Notes: generated by a model not told the origin, from the sequence alone. A DNA stretch of 64,000 bases from Candidatus Latescibacterota bacterium (GCA_965215195.1 CBDCDC010000001.1:768001-832000); one strand, 5' to 3'. Shown: positions 37,718 through 47,388, counted from the stretch's first letter. Program-made: numbers and translations.

Positions 37718-38440
37718 ATGTTGGAAATCATCGGACTGTCCAAGCACTACGGCGACGTCAAAGCCGTCACCGACCTCAACTTGACTATCCAAGAAGGCGA
37801 GGTCTTCACCATGCTCGGGGCCAACGGCGCGGGCAAGACCACCACCTTGATGGTCGCGTTGGGCTTCACCGAACCGACCAAAGGCACGGTCAAGCTGTGC
37901 GGCATCGACATCACCGAGCAGCCCTTAGAGGCCAAAAAGCACGTGGCCTATGTCTCGGAAAACGTCATGCTCTACGGCAACTTCAGCGCACGGCAGAACT
38001 TGGATTTCTTCACCCGCTTGAGCGGCCAGCCGTCCCAAGACGCCGCCCACTACGACCAAATCATGGCGCGTGTAGGCTTGCAACCGGAGGCGTTTGACCG
38101 CCGGGTCAAGACGTTTTCCAAGGGGATGCGGCAGAAGCTGGGCATTGCCATTGCCATCGCCAAGGACGCCCGCATCGTGCTGCTCGACGAGCCGACATCC
38201 GGGCTTGATCCCAAGTCCGGGGCTGAATTCTTGGAGCTGTTGGATGAGTTGCGCCACGAGGGCAAGGCGATCTGGATGACCACCCACGACGTGTTCCGCG
38301 CGCGCGTGATCGCCGACCGGCTGGGCATCATGGTCGAGGGGCATCTGGTCAAGACGCTCACCCGCGACGAATTCCAAGAAGCCGACTTGGAGCGCCTTTA
38401 CGTCGAATACGTGGAACGGCCTGTCCTACCAGCGGCCTAG
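37718..38440 (+). CDS. ABC transporter ATP-binding protein
   Basis: GANGAGKTT, FSKGMRQK, LLDEPTSGLDP. Confidence 0.95.
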   Translation: MLEIIGLSKHYGDVKAVTDLNLTIQEGEVFTMLGANGAGKTTTLMVALGFTEPTKGTVKLCGIDITEQPLEAKKHVAYVSENVMLYGNFSARQNLDFFTRLSGQPSQDAAHYDQIMARVGLQPEAFDRRVKTFSKGMRQKLGIAIAIAKDARIVLLDEPTSGLDPKSGAEFLELLDELRHEGKAIWMTTHDVFRARVIADRLGIMVEGHLVKTLTRDEFQEADLERLYVEYVERPVLPAA

Positions 38441-38697
38441 GGGGAGGGGCGTGGTGGGGTGTGTAGGTCAATGGCCCTGCTGAACGTCATGGACCTACAC
38501 ACCCTCCACTTTGCAGCGACTCATCTTGTCAAAAGGGAAGTTCGCGCAAAAGGTAAGCCCCCCACCTTCCTCCCCTCACAAGTGAACAACGGGTTTGCGG
38601 GACTGCGCAAGGAAGTGAATACCAAATTTCACTGGACGCTCGGCGTCGTCTTGGCCAGTTGGATTTCCACCATCGGGACGCTGTTGCTCAAGTAAGC

Positions 38698-38761
38698 TCC
38701 CCTACTCCCCAAACAAGGCCGCCACATCCCGCTCCACCTTTTGCCGCCGCTCCTCGGCGGG
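38698..38761. repeat. 64-bp direct repeat duplicating the herA 3' end (partner 40073-40136)
   Basis: One mismatch between copies; they flank the MTase/REase pair. Confidence 0.9.
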
Positions 38762-38803
38762 AACAAGCCGAGAGTCATTACGGCGTCTTCCTTGCTTAGC
38801 CTT

Positions 38804-39244
38804 TCAATCATCGGTATCCTCGTCTTCGTCGGCGACACTTTCAAAAGAATCTAGATCGGCTTCAATATTGAACTCCACTTTGCTCCAGCGGATTATTTCG
38901 TCTAGCACCTCGATGACGCGGCCCTGACCCGCCAAGCTGTCCAAAATAGCGATCAACCGTGGGATGTTAAAAATATCTTCGATAGCGGCCATATACCGCC
39001 GTACAATGTCGCGCACTCCGTATTGCTCTTTAGCACCATCTTCTAAGCGCGAGCGAATTTCATCGATCTCAAGCGTAGTCTTAATCACAAACGAGATTGG
39101 ATATCTCTCGATTTTATCTATATCCAAAAAGTATTTTTTTACATCGAGAGTTTCCGTAACTTGAAAAAACTTACCTAACGGCCTCATGACGAAATCAATA
39201 CCTCCGTCATTGGCATTAGTTCGTCCCGTCTTAAACAATTTCAA
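38804..39244 (-). pseudogene. Probable C-terminal fragment of a type II restriction endonuclease
   Basis: AT-rich; GRTNANDGGIDFV..LG.FFQV motif suggests a PD-(D/E)xK core; only a TTG start overlapping the MTase stop; downstream of MTase. Confidence 0.5.
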
Positions 39245-40068
39245 TACCCGTCTTCGTAGGACTTCAGCGGCCGGTGTAAATGCTCTCCCTTGTACTCGGC
39301 AGCCAGTTCGAGTCGTCTAAGTCCAATTTTCAGGTACTCCTCGTCAATCTCAATACTCGTGCTTCTACGGTTGAGATTGGCGGCAGCGCGAGCCGAAGTA
39401 AATGTTCCGGCGAACGGATCGAGAACGACGTCTCTAGGGTTTGAACTAGCGGCAATAATGCGCTCTAGTAACGAAATCGGCTTTTGCGTAGGATGCCGCT
39501 CGTATTCGGGCATCCGATAGCGTACCCGTGGAAAGTACCAAGCATTGCCGGGCACTTTCCTAGCATTGTATTGGGTGGGAACCGGTTTGCGATAGTCAAT
39601 TAGTTTGCGCTGCGCCCCAGTTTTGGCCTCGACGAGGATGTCGTCTGCATTGAAGGTATAGTGCTTGGGATCTTTCACACAGTGAAATATCGGCTCCCAA
39701 AGGGAGCCAAAGTATCGCTGGGCTTGTACGCCAGAGCTGTCGTAGTGCCAGACAATCCGCGAGAGAATGGTCAGGCGTTGGCGCAAGAGCAAATCAAACG
39801 GTGCAAAACACTGCGTAGCGCACATTACATACAGGCTGCCGGTCGGCTTGAGCTTGCGGACACATAGGTCGAGCCAGTGGGATACCCACGTGCAATACGC
39901 CTCTTCACTGGGCCATTTGTCGCGCCAACCGTTGAAGTTTTTGCCGATATTGTACGGCGGATCGGCAAAAATCAGGTCAATGCTGGACTCTAAAATCCGA
40001 TCCGACGCGAGAACGCTGAGCGCATCGCCGTGGTAGATGGTGTGTTGTCCGTTTGAAAACGTCTCCAT
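39241..40068 (-). CDS. N6/N4 DNA methyltransferase, beta class (YhdJ-like)
   Basis: DLIFADPPYNIGK, HPTQKP, VLDPFAGTFT. Confidence 0.92.
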   Translation of the reverse strand: METFSNGQHTIYHGDALSVLASDRILESSIDLIFADPPYNIGKNFNGWRDKWPSEEAYCTWVSHWLDLCVRKLKPTGSLYVMCATQCFAPFDLLLRQRLTILSRIVWHYDSSGVQAQRYFGSLWEPIFHCVKDPKHYTFNADDILVEAKTGAQRKLIDYRKPVPTQYNARKVPGNAWYFPRVRYRMPEYERHPTQKPISLLERIIAASSNPRDVVLDPFAGTFTSARAAANLNRRSTSIEIDEEYLKIGLRRLELAAEYKGEHLHRPLKSYEDGY

Positions 40069-40076
40069 CACTTCCC

Positions 40077-41762
40077 CTATTCCCCAAACAAGGCCGCCAC
40101 ATCCCGCTCCACCTTTTGCCGCCGCTCCTCGGCGGGCAGGTCGTCCATGCTGCCCATCGCGCCATAGAACGCGGCGTCGTAGTCGCGGGTCTTGATCACC
40201 ACCGGCATGGGCACGGCGTGGCCGATGATCAGGGCCTGCTGCTTAGAGTCGAGGCTGGCCAGCACGCTGCGCAGCCCGTCGGTGCCGCTGACGCCAGTAA
40301 GCACGGCTTGGATGTCCTTTTCGTCGTTGAGCAGAGCCGTGATGCGCGTACCGATCTGCGACAGCACCTCGTCGTCAATGCTCGACGGCCGCTGATCGAC
40401 CACCAACAGCGACACATAGTACTTGCGCATCTCGCGGGCAATCGTGCCGAAGATGGTCTGCTTAGCCGCCATGGGGTTGAGGAACTTGTGCGCCTCCTCA
40501 ATGGTGATCATGAGCTGCCGCGGCTGGTCTTCGGTGCGCTGGGTGGCGTAGAAGCGCTCGCTCTTTTTGACGTACATCTCGTGGATGCGCCGCGCAATGA
40601 TGTTGGCGACCAGCAAATAGCACAGCATACTCGTCTGCTGCCCGAACTCCAGCACCACGTTGATGCCCTTGTCGAGGTATTCCATGATGCGATCCACCAC
40701 GTCGCCGTCCCGGACCTTGGAGACCATAAAGGGAAAGTTCTCGATCCGTTTGAGCTTGCGATGCAGGGCCACCAAAGAGCCGGCGTGCGCGCCGATTTCG
40801 CGGGCGAATTCCTCCACATCCGGGCCTTCCAACTTCAAGAGCGTGCTCAGCCAGCGCTCCTTGTAAATCGCGTACACTAAGTAGGCCGATTCCACGGCCG
40901 TGGGGTTGAGCTTGAGCTCGTCTTGCAGCGGGGCAATGTCTTCGACTGTAATCTGGTCGTAGGAGATATAGACCTCGTGGTCCGGCTGTACGCCGCGGGC
41001 GCGGGTTGATTGGGGGTCTAGGGAAAAAATCGCCACCCGCTCGCCGAAAAGCTGCTTGAGGCCCTTGACGAAGGTCGTGGTGGAGCCGTTTTCCTTCATG
41101 GCCTTGAACCCGTACTCGTTGTGCATGTCGAAGATCAGGTTGACGGCCTTGTCGAAGTGAATCAGCCCGCACAGCACCAGCCGCGTCAGGAAGGACTTGC
41201 CCGTGCCGGTCTTGCCGAAGATGCCGTTGGAGCGCTCGGCAAAGCGGATCATGTCGAGGCAGACCTCAGTGTCCATGTCGAGCGGGTGGCCGATGCTGAA
41301 GTAGCGGCCCTCGGCGTCGCCCTCGCTGCCGAAGATCTTGGCCACGTCGGTGGCCATGGCCTCTTGCACCTCGGAGAAGTGACTCGGAATGGCCTTGACC
41401 GGGCGCGGGCCTTCTTCGGCTGCTGCGCCCTTGGGCATCATCAGCATGGGCCGCAACGAGACGATGTTGTACGTGCTGGTGCCGGCGAGCACCTGGCGCA
41501 GCAGCGCGTCTTCTTGGCTCGGGGGATGCAGGAGAACTTCTTGGTTGTTGGCGTCGAGGCGCATGTCGGTGACCATGGAGAAGAAGTCGTTTTTGTCGCC
41601 CTCGATGACCACGAACTTGCCGGCCTTCATGTCCTCGACGTTCTGCTCGGAATCCAGCTTCATTTCCAGCCCCTCGACCAGCGAACCTTTGGTAATCACC
41701 CCGATCTGCTGGCCGCGACCGGCCGCAACCGGCACTCCGTTGCCCGCGTATTTTGCCATCAT
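40077..41762 (-). CDS. herA: HerA-like ATPase/helicase (HAS barrel plus DUF87)
   Basis: GKTGTGKS, FDMHNEYG, IEEAH, AREMRKY, DQRPS. Confidence 0.85.
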   Translation of the reverse strand: MMAKYAGNGVPVAAGRGQQIGVITKGSLVEGLEMKLDSEQNVEDMKAGKFVVIEGDKNDFFSMVTDMRLDANNQEVLLHPPSQEDALLRQVLAGTSTYNIVSLRPMLMMPKGAAAEEGPRPVKAIPSHFSEVQEAMATDVAKIFGSEGDAEGRYFSIGHPLDMDTEVCLDMIRFAERSNGIFGKTGTGKSFLTRLVLCGLIHFDKAVNLIFDMHNEYGFKAMKENGSTTTFVKGLKQLFGERVAIFSLDPQSTRARGVQPDHEVYISYDQITVEDIAPLQDELKLNPTAVESAYLVYAIYKERWLSTLLKLEGPDVEEFAREIGAHAGSLVALHRKLKRIENFPFMVSKVRDGDVVDRIMEYLDKGINVVLEFGQQTSMLCYLLVANIIARRIHEMYVKKSERFYATQRTEDQPRQLMITIEEAHKFLNPMAAKQTIFGTIAREMRKYYVSLLVVDQRPSSIDDEVLSQIGTRITALLNDEKDIQAVLTGVSGTDGLRSVLASLDSKQQALIIGHAVPMPVVIKTRDYDAAFYGAMGSMDDLPAEERRQKVERDVAALFGE

Positions 41763-42418
41763 CAGTTGACCACCCGTCGGATAATGGAGCTGAGCCGGTC
41801 GTAGTCGTCGCTGAGGAGCCGCGACAGCTCCTTGCCCATCTGCACTAAGTAGGACGGCGCGTGCTCGTGGGCGCGCACCGTGTGGCGCAACACCGCGATC
41901 ACCAGCTCGTCAGTGGGTATCTTAGACGTGTTGAGGATGCTGCGCAGATAGTCGTCGGTGCGGGTGAAGGCCCGCACTTGCTCGTCTGAGCACAAGTACA
42001 CAAAGCTGTGGATGCGCGCCGGCTGCGGTGGCAGGATTTGCACGGACTCGCCGCCGTCCAAATAGCCGATGACGAGGGCTTGGAATTCGGTGCGCAACAA
42101 CTCGAAAATTTGCGGCTGCTCTAGGCGCAGCTCCTCTTCGGTCTTGCCGTAGGCCGTAGGCCGGCGGTTCGGCTCAATGGAGTGCGTGAAGACGTTGAAC
42201 ACAATGCCCACCACCGGCATCTCGGCTTCCACGCGGACGAGCTGACCAAAGGAGGGTGCGCCGTGCAGCTCGCGCGCTTGGGCGATCAACTCGGTGGTGC
42301 TGCTCTCGACCACTTCGCCCACGTGGGTCCGCTCGTCCGCGACGTCGCCGGGCAGCGGCAGGGACTCGGGCAGGAAGCGGCTCAGCGGGCTGCGCTCGCG
42401 CTCTTTGATGGTCTCCAC
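41762..42418 (-). CDS. HAS-barrel domain protein
   Basis: VGEVVESSTT, PSFGQLVR, PPQPARIHS; lies between nurA and herA. Confidence 0.75.
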   Translation of the reverse strand: METIKERERSPLSRFLPESLPLPGDVADERTHVGEVVESSTTELIAQARELHGAPSFGQLVRVEAEMPVVGIVFNVFTHSIEPNRRPTAYGKTEEELRLEQPQIFELLRTEFQALVIGYLDGGESVQILPPQPARIHSFVYLCSDEQVRAFTRTDDYLRSILNTSKIPTDELVIAVLRHTVRAHEHAPSYLVQMGKELSRLLSDDYDRLSSIIRRVVN

Positions 42419-42430
42419 GGTGGGCCTCCC

Positions 42431-43666
42431 CTAAATGCCGGTGTAGCGCTTCTTGAAGCTCTTGGTTGACAAGCGAGTTTGCAGGTCGTTTTTGACAAAG
42501 GTGTCGCGCAAAAAGCGATAGAACGCCTCGCGGTCCGCACTGCGCACCACCGCGCGCTCGTGCGCCTCGGCCAAGGCGACCGGATAGCCCTCGCCCTTTT
42601 CGGCTTGGTCGCACAGACAGGCGTGGACCAAGCTGAGCAACTCGCGGTCGGCCGCCACCCATTCCGGGACTTCGACCCGGCCGATCTCGGCCCCTACGTG
42701 CAGGTAGAAGTAGTAGATGCGATGCGGCCCGTACTCGGCGAGAATTTTGGACGCGCTGCGGTAGAGCGGCGTGCGTTGCCGAGGGCCGAGCACCCGGCGC
42801 ACCAAGACCGCGTCGTTCAGCCCCTCGAGGGGGCTACACGGCAAGCCGCGGCCCTGCCACAAATCCCCTTGCAGGGCGTCGATCTCTTCGCGGCTGAAGT
42901 GGAGTTGGTTTTCTTCCTGATAGGGGCAGCGGTCGCAGTCGGCCGCGGCGAGTGGGCACAGGCCCAGCTTGAGGGCGTTGATCAATTCTTGGCTCCCCGG
43001 CTGGCTGATGTAACCAGCCACCGGCACTCGCGCCGCGCGCAACTCGTCCATCGCCGCCAAGGTGGCCTCTAGGTGCGCGGCGCGGAAGTCCTGCGGCTTG
43101 CCCTCCAAGTTCCACAGAATCAGGGTGCCGTCGGAAAGCGCGAGCGTCCGATGCCCCTCGGCGTGGGCTGCCAAGGCCAAATCGGCCAACTCGGTGAACT
43201 CCATGAGGCCGCGCTTGAAGCCCACGAGATCGCGATTGACGAAAACCCGCGCCCCGCCCCATTCCTCGTAGATTTCCTCTTCTCGGTAGTAGAGCCGCGG
43301 CTTGCTGCTCATCAGCGGCTTCTCGCCGGTGCCGTAGTGCAGCAGGATGTAGCCGATATTGATCAGAAAACAGGCCGAGATCTCGTGGCGGTCGGGGAAA
43401 ATTTGCGAGCCGTCCGTGGCGGCGATGCTGATGGTGCTCGGACGGGCGGGCGGGTCAATCCCGCCGCCTAGGCCCTCGCCCAAGCCGGGCAACAGCCAAG
43501 AGGTGCGGCTCGCGTCGATCTTGCGGGCCAAGCGCTCCCACTCGGGCAGCCAGCGCCGGTATTGGGCCAAAGCCAATTCGAGCTTGGCGCGAAAGTCCTC
43601 TTGCACGCGGCGCTCGTCGGCCACCATGCTGTCTATTTGGGTCTTTACCGAATACAGATCCAACAT
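42431..43666 (-). CDS. nurA: NurA family 5'-3' nuclease
   Basis: ATDGSQI.PDRH, DGTLILW, RVEVPEW, GYPVALAEAHE.AVV. Confidence 0.88.
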   Translation of the reverse strand: MLDLYSVKTQIDSMVADERRVQEDFRAKLELALAQYRRWLPEWERLARKIDASRTSWLLPGLGEGLGGGIDPPARPSTISIAATDGSQIFPDRHEISACFLINIGYILLHYGTGEKPLMSSKPRLYYREEEIYEEWGGARVFVNRDLVGFKRGLMEFTELADLALAAHAEGHRTLALSDGTLILWNLEGKPQDFRAAHLEATLAAMDELRAARVPVAGYISQPGSQELINALKLGLCPLAAADCDRCPYQEENQLHFSREEIDALQGDLWQGRGLPCSPLEGLNDAVLVRRVLGPRQRTPLYRSASKILAEYGPHRIYYFYLHVGAEIGRVEVPEWVAADRELLSLVHACLCDQAEKGEGYPVALAEAHERAVVRSADREAFYRFLRDTFVKNDLQTRLSTKSFKKRYTGI

Positions 43667-43717
43667 GGCATTAGCCTTGCGGCCAGCCCTGGACCGGCCC
43701 CGTCGAGATGCGCGCAT

Positions 43718-44389
43718 TTATTCGGCCTCTTCCCACGTTTCGCCCCCATCAAGCGAAAAGCGCGTGTGCTGCCGCCAAGCCGCCCAGTCGCTGCCGGCGC
43801 GGGCCAAGTCCGCGGCCGCGGTCGCAGCGATGTACTGGCCCACCTCGCCGCTGCCGTCGGGCCGGTTGGTCTCGATGCGGATTTCCCCGAACTCGACGCG
43901 GCCCTGCAACAGCTCGGCCGCGCCGCGCTGCACGGCAAATGCGCGCCGCTCCCAAGCCTCGCGCTCAATGTCGCGGACGCGAAAGCGCAGCCACAGCCGG
44001 CCGATGTCCTCGTCTAGCCCAACCCCGTAGAATATCCCATCGCGGTCGTTGATCAGTTCTTTGATCCGGGGGCGTTCGTCTTGCAGCGGCGGGACCGGCT
44101 CTTCCTCCGGCACGTCGCGGTCCTCCGCGGAGACGTAGCCCTCCAAGGAGGGCCCCCAGACCCAGCCTTCGACGCGAAAGCGCACCCAGCGGCCCTCCTC
44201 GCCGATGGATTCGATCTCCGTGCCAGCCATCAGCGTACCCAGCTTGGTGCCGTTGGGCGCGGCGCGAAAGTTTTCCACGCTGGCCTCGACGACGAAGGTG
44301 TGGTCGCTGCGCAGCTTGGCCGCCACCACTCCCAAGATCAAGGCCGCGGCTAAGGCCGCTCCTAGGGAACACTTAGACAATCGAGACAT
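43718..44389 (-). CDS. Exported protein with SH3-like domain
   Basis: N-terminal hydrophobic helix; ENFRAAPNG..LG.L..G......EEG.WV.FRVEGWVW. Confidence 0.65.
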   Translation of the reverse strand: MSRLSKCSLGAALAAALILGVVAAKLRSDHTFVVEASVENFRAAPNGTKLGTLMAGTEIESIGEEGRWVRFRVEGWVWGPSLEGYVSAEDRDVPEEEPVPPLQDERPRIKELINDRDGIFYGVGLDEDIGRLWLRFRVRDIEREAWERRAFAVQRGAAELLQGRVEFGEIRIETNRPDGSGEVGQYIAATAAADLARAGSDWAAWRQHTRFSLDGGETWEEAE

Positions 44390-44963
44390 AGTAGAATTGC
44401 CGCCCGCCGCCGGCGACCGACCCATCGCGCAGGCGGCACACCAACCCGAGGCGTTGCAGGGCGTTGAGGCGGTTGCAGACGATGTTGATGTTTTTGCCGA
44501 GCGCGTCCGAGATCGCAGCCGAGGTCGCGCACTTATGCGCTAGCAGCATGTCGAGCACCTCGCGCATCGGCGTCTTGAGCACCCCGAGCACCTCGACGTG
44601 CGCACCGTCTTTGTACAGCGCGGCCAACTCGCGGAGCTGCAACACGGCCGCGATGGTCTCGCGCACTGAGATATTGGCCCCGGTGATATAGACGTAGCGG
44701 TGCCCTATCTCGCCGCTGGTCAGGCGCAAGAGCAGCTTGTTGAGCATCTCGTCGGCGCACGAGACATCCATGAACGAAACGCCGGAAAAGTCGAGCGGCA
44801 TGGCCGAGTCGGCCGGACCGCTGAGCAGGTGCTCCATTAACTCTTCGAGCAACTCGGCCCCGCGGGGCCGGCCGCTGAGGATGCCCTGTTCGCCGGCGAA
44901 ACGGTACGCGGGGGCTTGGTGTATGGCCTGCTGCTGTACGCGCTCTTCAACGGCTGAATCCAT
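44373..44963 (-). CDS. STAS-like (DUF4325-type) plus winged-helix HTH protein
   Basis: LSGRPRG, LDFSGVSFMDVSCADEM, TSAAISDALGKNINIVCNRLNAL. Confidence 0.7.
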   Translation of the reverse strand: MDSAVEERVQQQAIHQAPAYRFAGEQGILSGRPRGAELLEELMEHLLSGPADSAMPLDFSGVSFMDVSCADEMLNKLLLRLTSGEIGHRYVYITGANISVRETIAAVLQLRELAALYKDGAHVEVLGVLKTPMREVLDMLLAHKCATSAAISDALGKNINIVCNRLNALQRLGLVCRLRDGSVAGGGRQFYYVSIV

Positions 44964-45017
44964 GAGCCGCGCCTTTCCCGTAATTAAAAAAACAGCTTAA
45001 CTGTATCCAATTAAAGA

Positions 45018-45046
45018 AACTTACGCGCAGATTTACTAGCTGTCAA
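45018..45046 (-). promoter_or_regulatory. Sigma70-type promoter for the STAS-HTH gene
   Basis: TTGACA-17 nt-TAAGTT on minus strand in an AT-rich gap. Confidence 0.5.
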
Positions 45047-45103
45047 GCAATTTCTACCACAAAATGAGCGATGCGGAATTCGATGGATACCAATATGATG
45101 GGG

Positions 45104-45238
45104 CTAGACCCCCGGAAATAAAACGCTCGCGGCCACGTATGCGGCCACGGCGAGGCCGGCGATGACCACCGCTAGGGCCAACAGCAGCCACGGCTCGTGG
45201 CGCGGCGGCTTCGGCGGAGTGTGCCGCTCGCCAAACAC
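45104..45238 (-). CDS. Small (44 aa) single-TM protein, below ORF-track cutoff
   Basis: GTG start with GGAGG upstream, 3 bp after the preceding stop; MFGERHTPPKPPRHEPWLLLALAVVIAGLAVAAYVAASVLFPGV. Confidence 0.55.
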   Translation of the reverse strand: MFGERHTPPKPPRHEPWLLLALAVVIAGLAVAAYVAASVLFPGV

Positions 45239-45241
45239 CGG

Positions 45242-46123
45242 CTAGGGCCTCCCTTCCCGCTGATAGAGCGCGATGGCTATCTGGGTGCCAGGGAAGTGGA
45301 CGGATGCGTGTTCCCAGTGCCGCTGGCCGCGGATGTACACGCGGGTATCCCCAGAGCGGATGTGCAGCGAGCCGTTGTAGCGGCTGCATATCTGGTTGAC
45401 GATGTACAGCCCGAGCCCGCGCGTCGGATCGCAGGAAAAGTGCTTCTTCAGGGAGTTGAGTATGGCCGTGCCGTGCGACCAATCGGCCGCGTCGTAGCGC
45501 ACCGACAGGCTCTGCTTGATTCCAATTCCTAGGTCCCCCACCCCAATGACCACGTACTTTTTTCCCACCCGCGAATCCAAGTAGCGCTGGGCCGTGAGGT
45601 AGCCCCAATTCTCGCTGTGGTCGAGAATGTTGTGGCACAGCTCGGCGACGACGTTTTTGAACTGGTTGATCTCCACCTCGGTGTAGCGCAATTCCTCGGC
45701 CAAAATGGCCTCTACGCGCTGGCCGATCTTGCTCAACACAGTCTCGATATCCGCCCGCTCCTCAATCCGCGTGATTTCCAACAGGGCCTCGCTTTCTTCC
45801 TTTTCCCGCTCCTGATCCACGATGGGCGTCGGCCCGGCGAATTCGACCCCATCTACGGCCGCGGCGAACCGCACCCGCCCCAGATAGGTGCGCAATGCAA
45901 AGGCGCAGGGCAGGTGAAAGACGACCCGCGACGAGAGCGCGTCCCCGTAGCGCGCCATCAAGCACAAGGCCACCAAGCCGTAGGGGTCAATAAAGTGCAG
46001 GGTGCGCAAATCGACCTCCAAGGGCTGCCCGGGCACGGCCCCGTGCGCGTAGTCGAGAAACTCTACGAGGAATTCGTCGGCCGTGCGCGGCGTCAGCTTG
46101 TCTGTTGGCAGGGCGAGGATCAC
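45242..46123 (-). CDS. STAS-like plus GHKL (HATPase_c) protein
   Basis: VDLRTLHFIDPYGL; ELCHNILDHS (N box), DLGIGI (G1), GLGL (G2), GT.I. Confidence 0.8.
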   Translation of the reverse strand: MILALPTDKLTPRTADEFLVEFLDYAHGAVPGQPLEVDLRTLHFIDPYGLVALCLMARYGDALSSRVVFHLPCAFALRTYLGRVRFAAAVDGVEFAGPTPIVDQEREKEESEALLEITRIEERADIETVLSKIGQRVEAILAEELRYTEVEINQFKNVVAELCHNILDHSENWGYLTAQRYLDSRVGKKYVVIGVGDLGIGIKQSLSVRYDAADWSHGTAILNSLKKHFSCDPTRGLGLYIVNQICSRYNGSLHIRSGDTRVYIRGQRHWEHASVHFPGTQIAIALYQREGRP

Positions 46124-46198
46124 GGCTGGAGTGCGCTCCTTGCTTGGGGAAACAAAAATATACGCACTCGTCCGTACCGACGCATTGTAGGGACATCC

Positions 46199-46933
46199 CT
46201 ACGGCGGCACCGGGGCGATTTCATGCGCCACTGCAAACGCAAACGCGGCGCTCGTCACCTCCTTGGGGCGATCGAACGCATCTACCCGCAAGACCATATC
46301 CTCCACCTCGACGGTGATCGCTCGCACCTCGGCGTGCAGCGGCGCAAAAACCACCTTGCCGGTATAGTCGTCCCCCTTAAACACAAAGGTGTGCCGCCTA
46401 AACAAAGCCTCTCGCACCAAGCCCATGCGCTCCTGATAGTAGTAGTCTTCATTGCCGCCCTTGCCGCGCCGCTCCATGTAGTAGCGCTCAAAACTGTTGT
46501 CCGCGTCGCGCTTGAGCACGCCCCAGTAGCGGTACTCGCCGCCCCGGTCTGTACGCAACACCATCTTCGCCGGATCGACCATCACCTTGGGATAGATCTG
46601 GTTGACCACCGTCATTTCAAAGACGGTAAAGCGCGGTGGCGCGTAGCCCCGATCCAAGTCGCGGTCCTGTCCGTAGGTAAAGGGATTCAGATTCGGCTCG
46701 CGGAAGGTAAAACGGGCGTACTCCCGATTTAGGGCCTGATCGCTTAGGTAGCGCAGCTTGAGGCGGAACCCCGCCTGCTCAAAGACCGCGGTACTATCCT
46801 CCGAGTCGAAGTAATAGCGAGCGTCCTCCAGCAGGGCCTCCTGCGGCACCACGCGCAGCGCGTAGCGCAAGTCCGGCGGGAACCGAACGCAGCCGGCCGC
46901 CACGAGCAGCGCGAGTATGCCCCACCACCGCAT
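46199..46933 (-). CDS. Putative lipoprotein
   Basis: Lipobox LVAAGC after a hydrophobic signal; start could be 46933-46942. Confidence 0.7.
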   Translation of the reverse strand: MRWWGILALLVAAGCVRFPPDLRYALRVVPQEALLEDARYYFDSEDSTAVFEQAGFRLKLRYLSDQALNREYARFTFREPNLNPFTYGQDRDLDRGYAPPRFTVFEMTVVNQIYPKVMVDPAKMVLRTDRGGEYRYWGVLKRDADNSFERYYMERRGKGGNEDYYYQERMGLVREALFRRHTFVFKGDDYTGKVVFAPLHAEVRAITVEVEDMVLRVDAFDRPKEVTSAAFAFAVAHEIAPVPP

Positions 46934-46938
46934 AGCCA

Positions 46939-47157
46939 TCATCCAGCCACTGCTTGCACAAGACGCCCCGACGGTTTGGGGATGGGCCGCCCCTCTTCTT
47001 GGGCCACTTCCAACCAGAAGGCCAAGGCAATTTCTGCTTCAGCGAGGGCTTCTTGATAGGTCCCTCCGTGGGCCGAACAGCCGGGCAAGTCGGGCACGAC
47101 CGCGATATAGCGGCCGTCTTCGGCACTCCAAAAAATATCGATCTCGTATTTGTGCAT
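46939..47157 (-). CDS. hicB: HicB family antitoxin
   Basis: YEIDIFWSAEDGRYIAVVPDLPGCSAHG.TY.EAL, RPIPKP; own GAGGAG RBS. Confidence 0.88.
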   Translation of the reverse strand: MHKYEIDIFWSAEDGRYIAVVPDLPGCSAHGGTYQEALAEAEIALAFWLEVAQEEGRPIPKPSGRLVQAVAG

Positions 47158-47159
47158 AA

Positions 47160-47388
47160 CTACTCCTCGAGGTTGTAACGAATGAGGACTCTGATAGGCC
47201 GTAACTTTGCCTCCGCAGGGTTGCAGATTGATCTGCTCGACAACGCCAGTCTTGGTAAATATATGATGCGATCCTTTAACGCGTTTTTTGAAGCCCAAGC
47301 TTTCGAGTAGATTGCAAGTAGCTTGGAAAGGGATGTTGGCGTCCGAGTGGCCACTGAGAATGCGCTTGAGAAGGATGTGCCGGTTCAC
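47160..47388 (-). pseudogene. hicA: HicA family toxin, frameshifted near C-terminus into fusion with HicB
   Basis: LLESLGF..RVKGSHHIF.K.GV.EQINLQP; native tail VLIRYNLEE* is in another frame. Confidence 0.75.

Noticed and set aside
38459-38695. 78-aa ORF after the ATPase
   Set aside because: Only the C-terminal part (GFAGLRKEVNTKFHWTLGVVLASWI) looks protein-like; probably a remnant, not supportable as a gene
40077-43666. HerA as an anti-phage system (Sir2-HerA or similar)
   Set aside because: Partners are NurA and a HAS-barrel protein, the known bacterial repair-type arrangement
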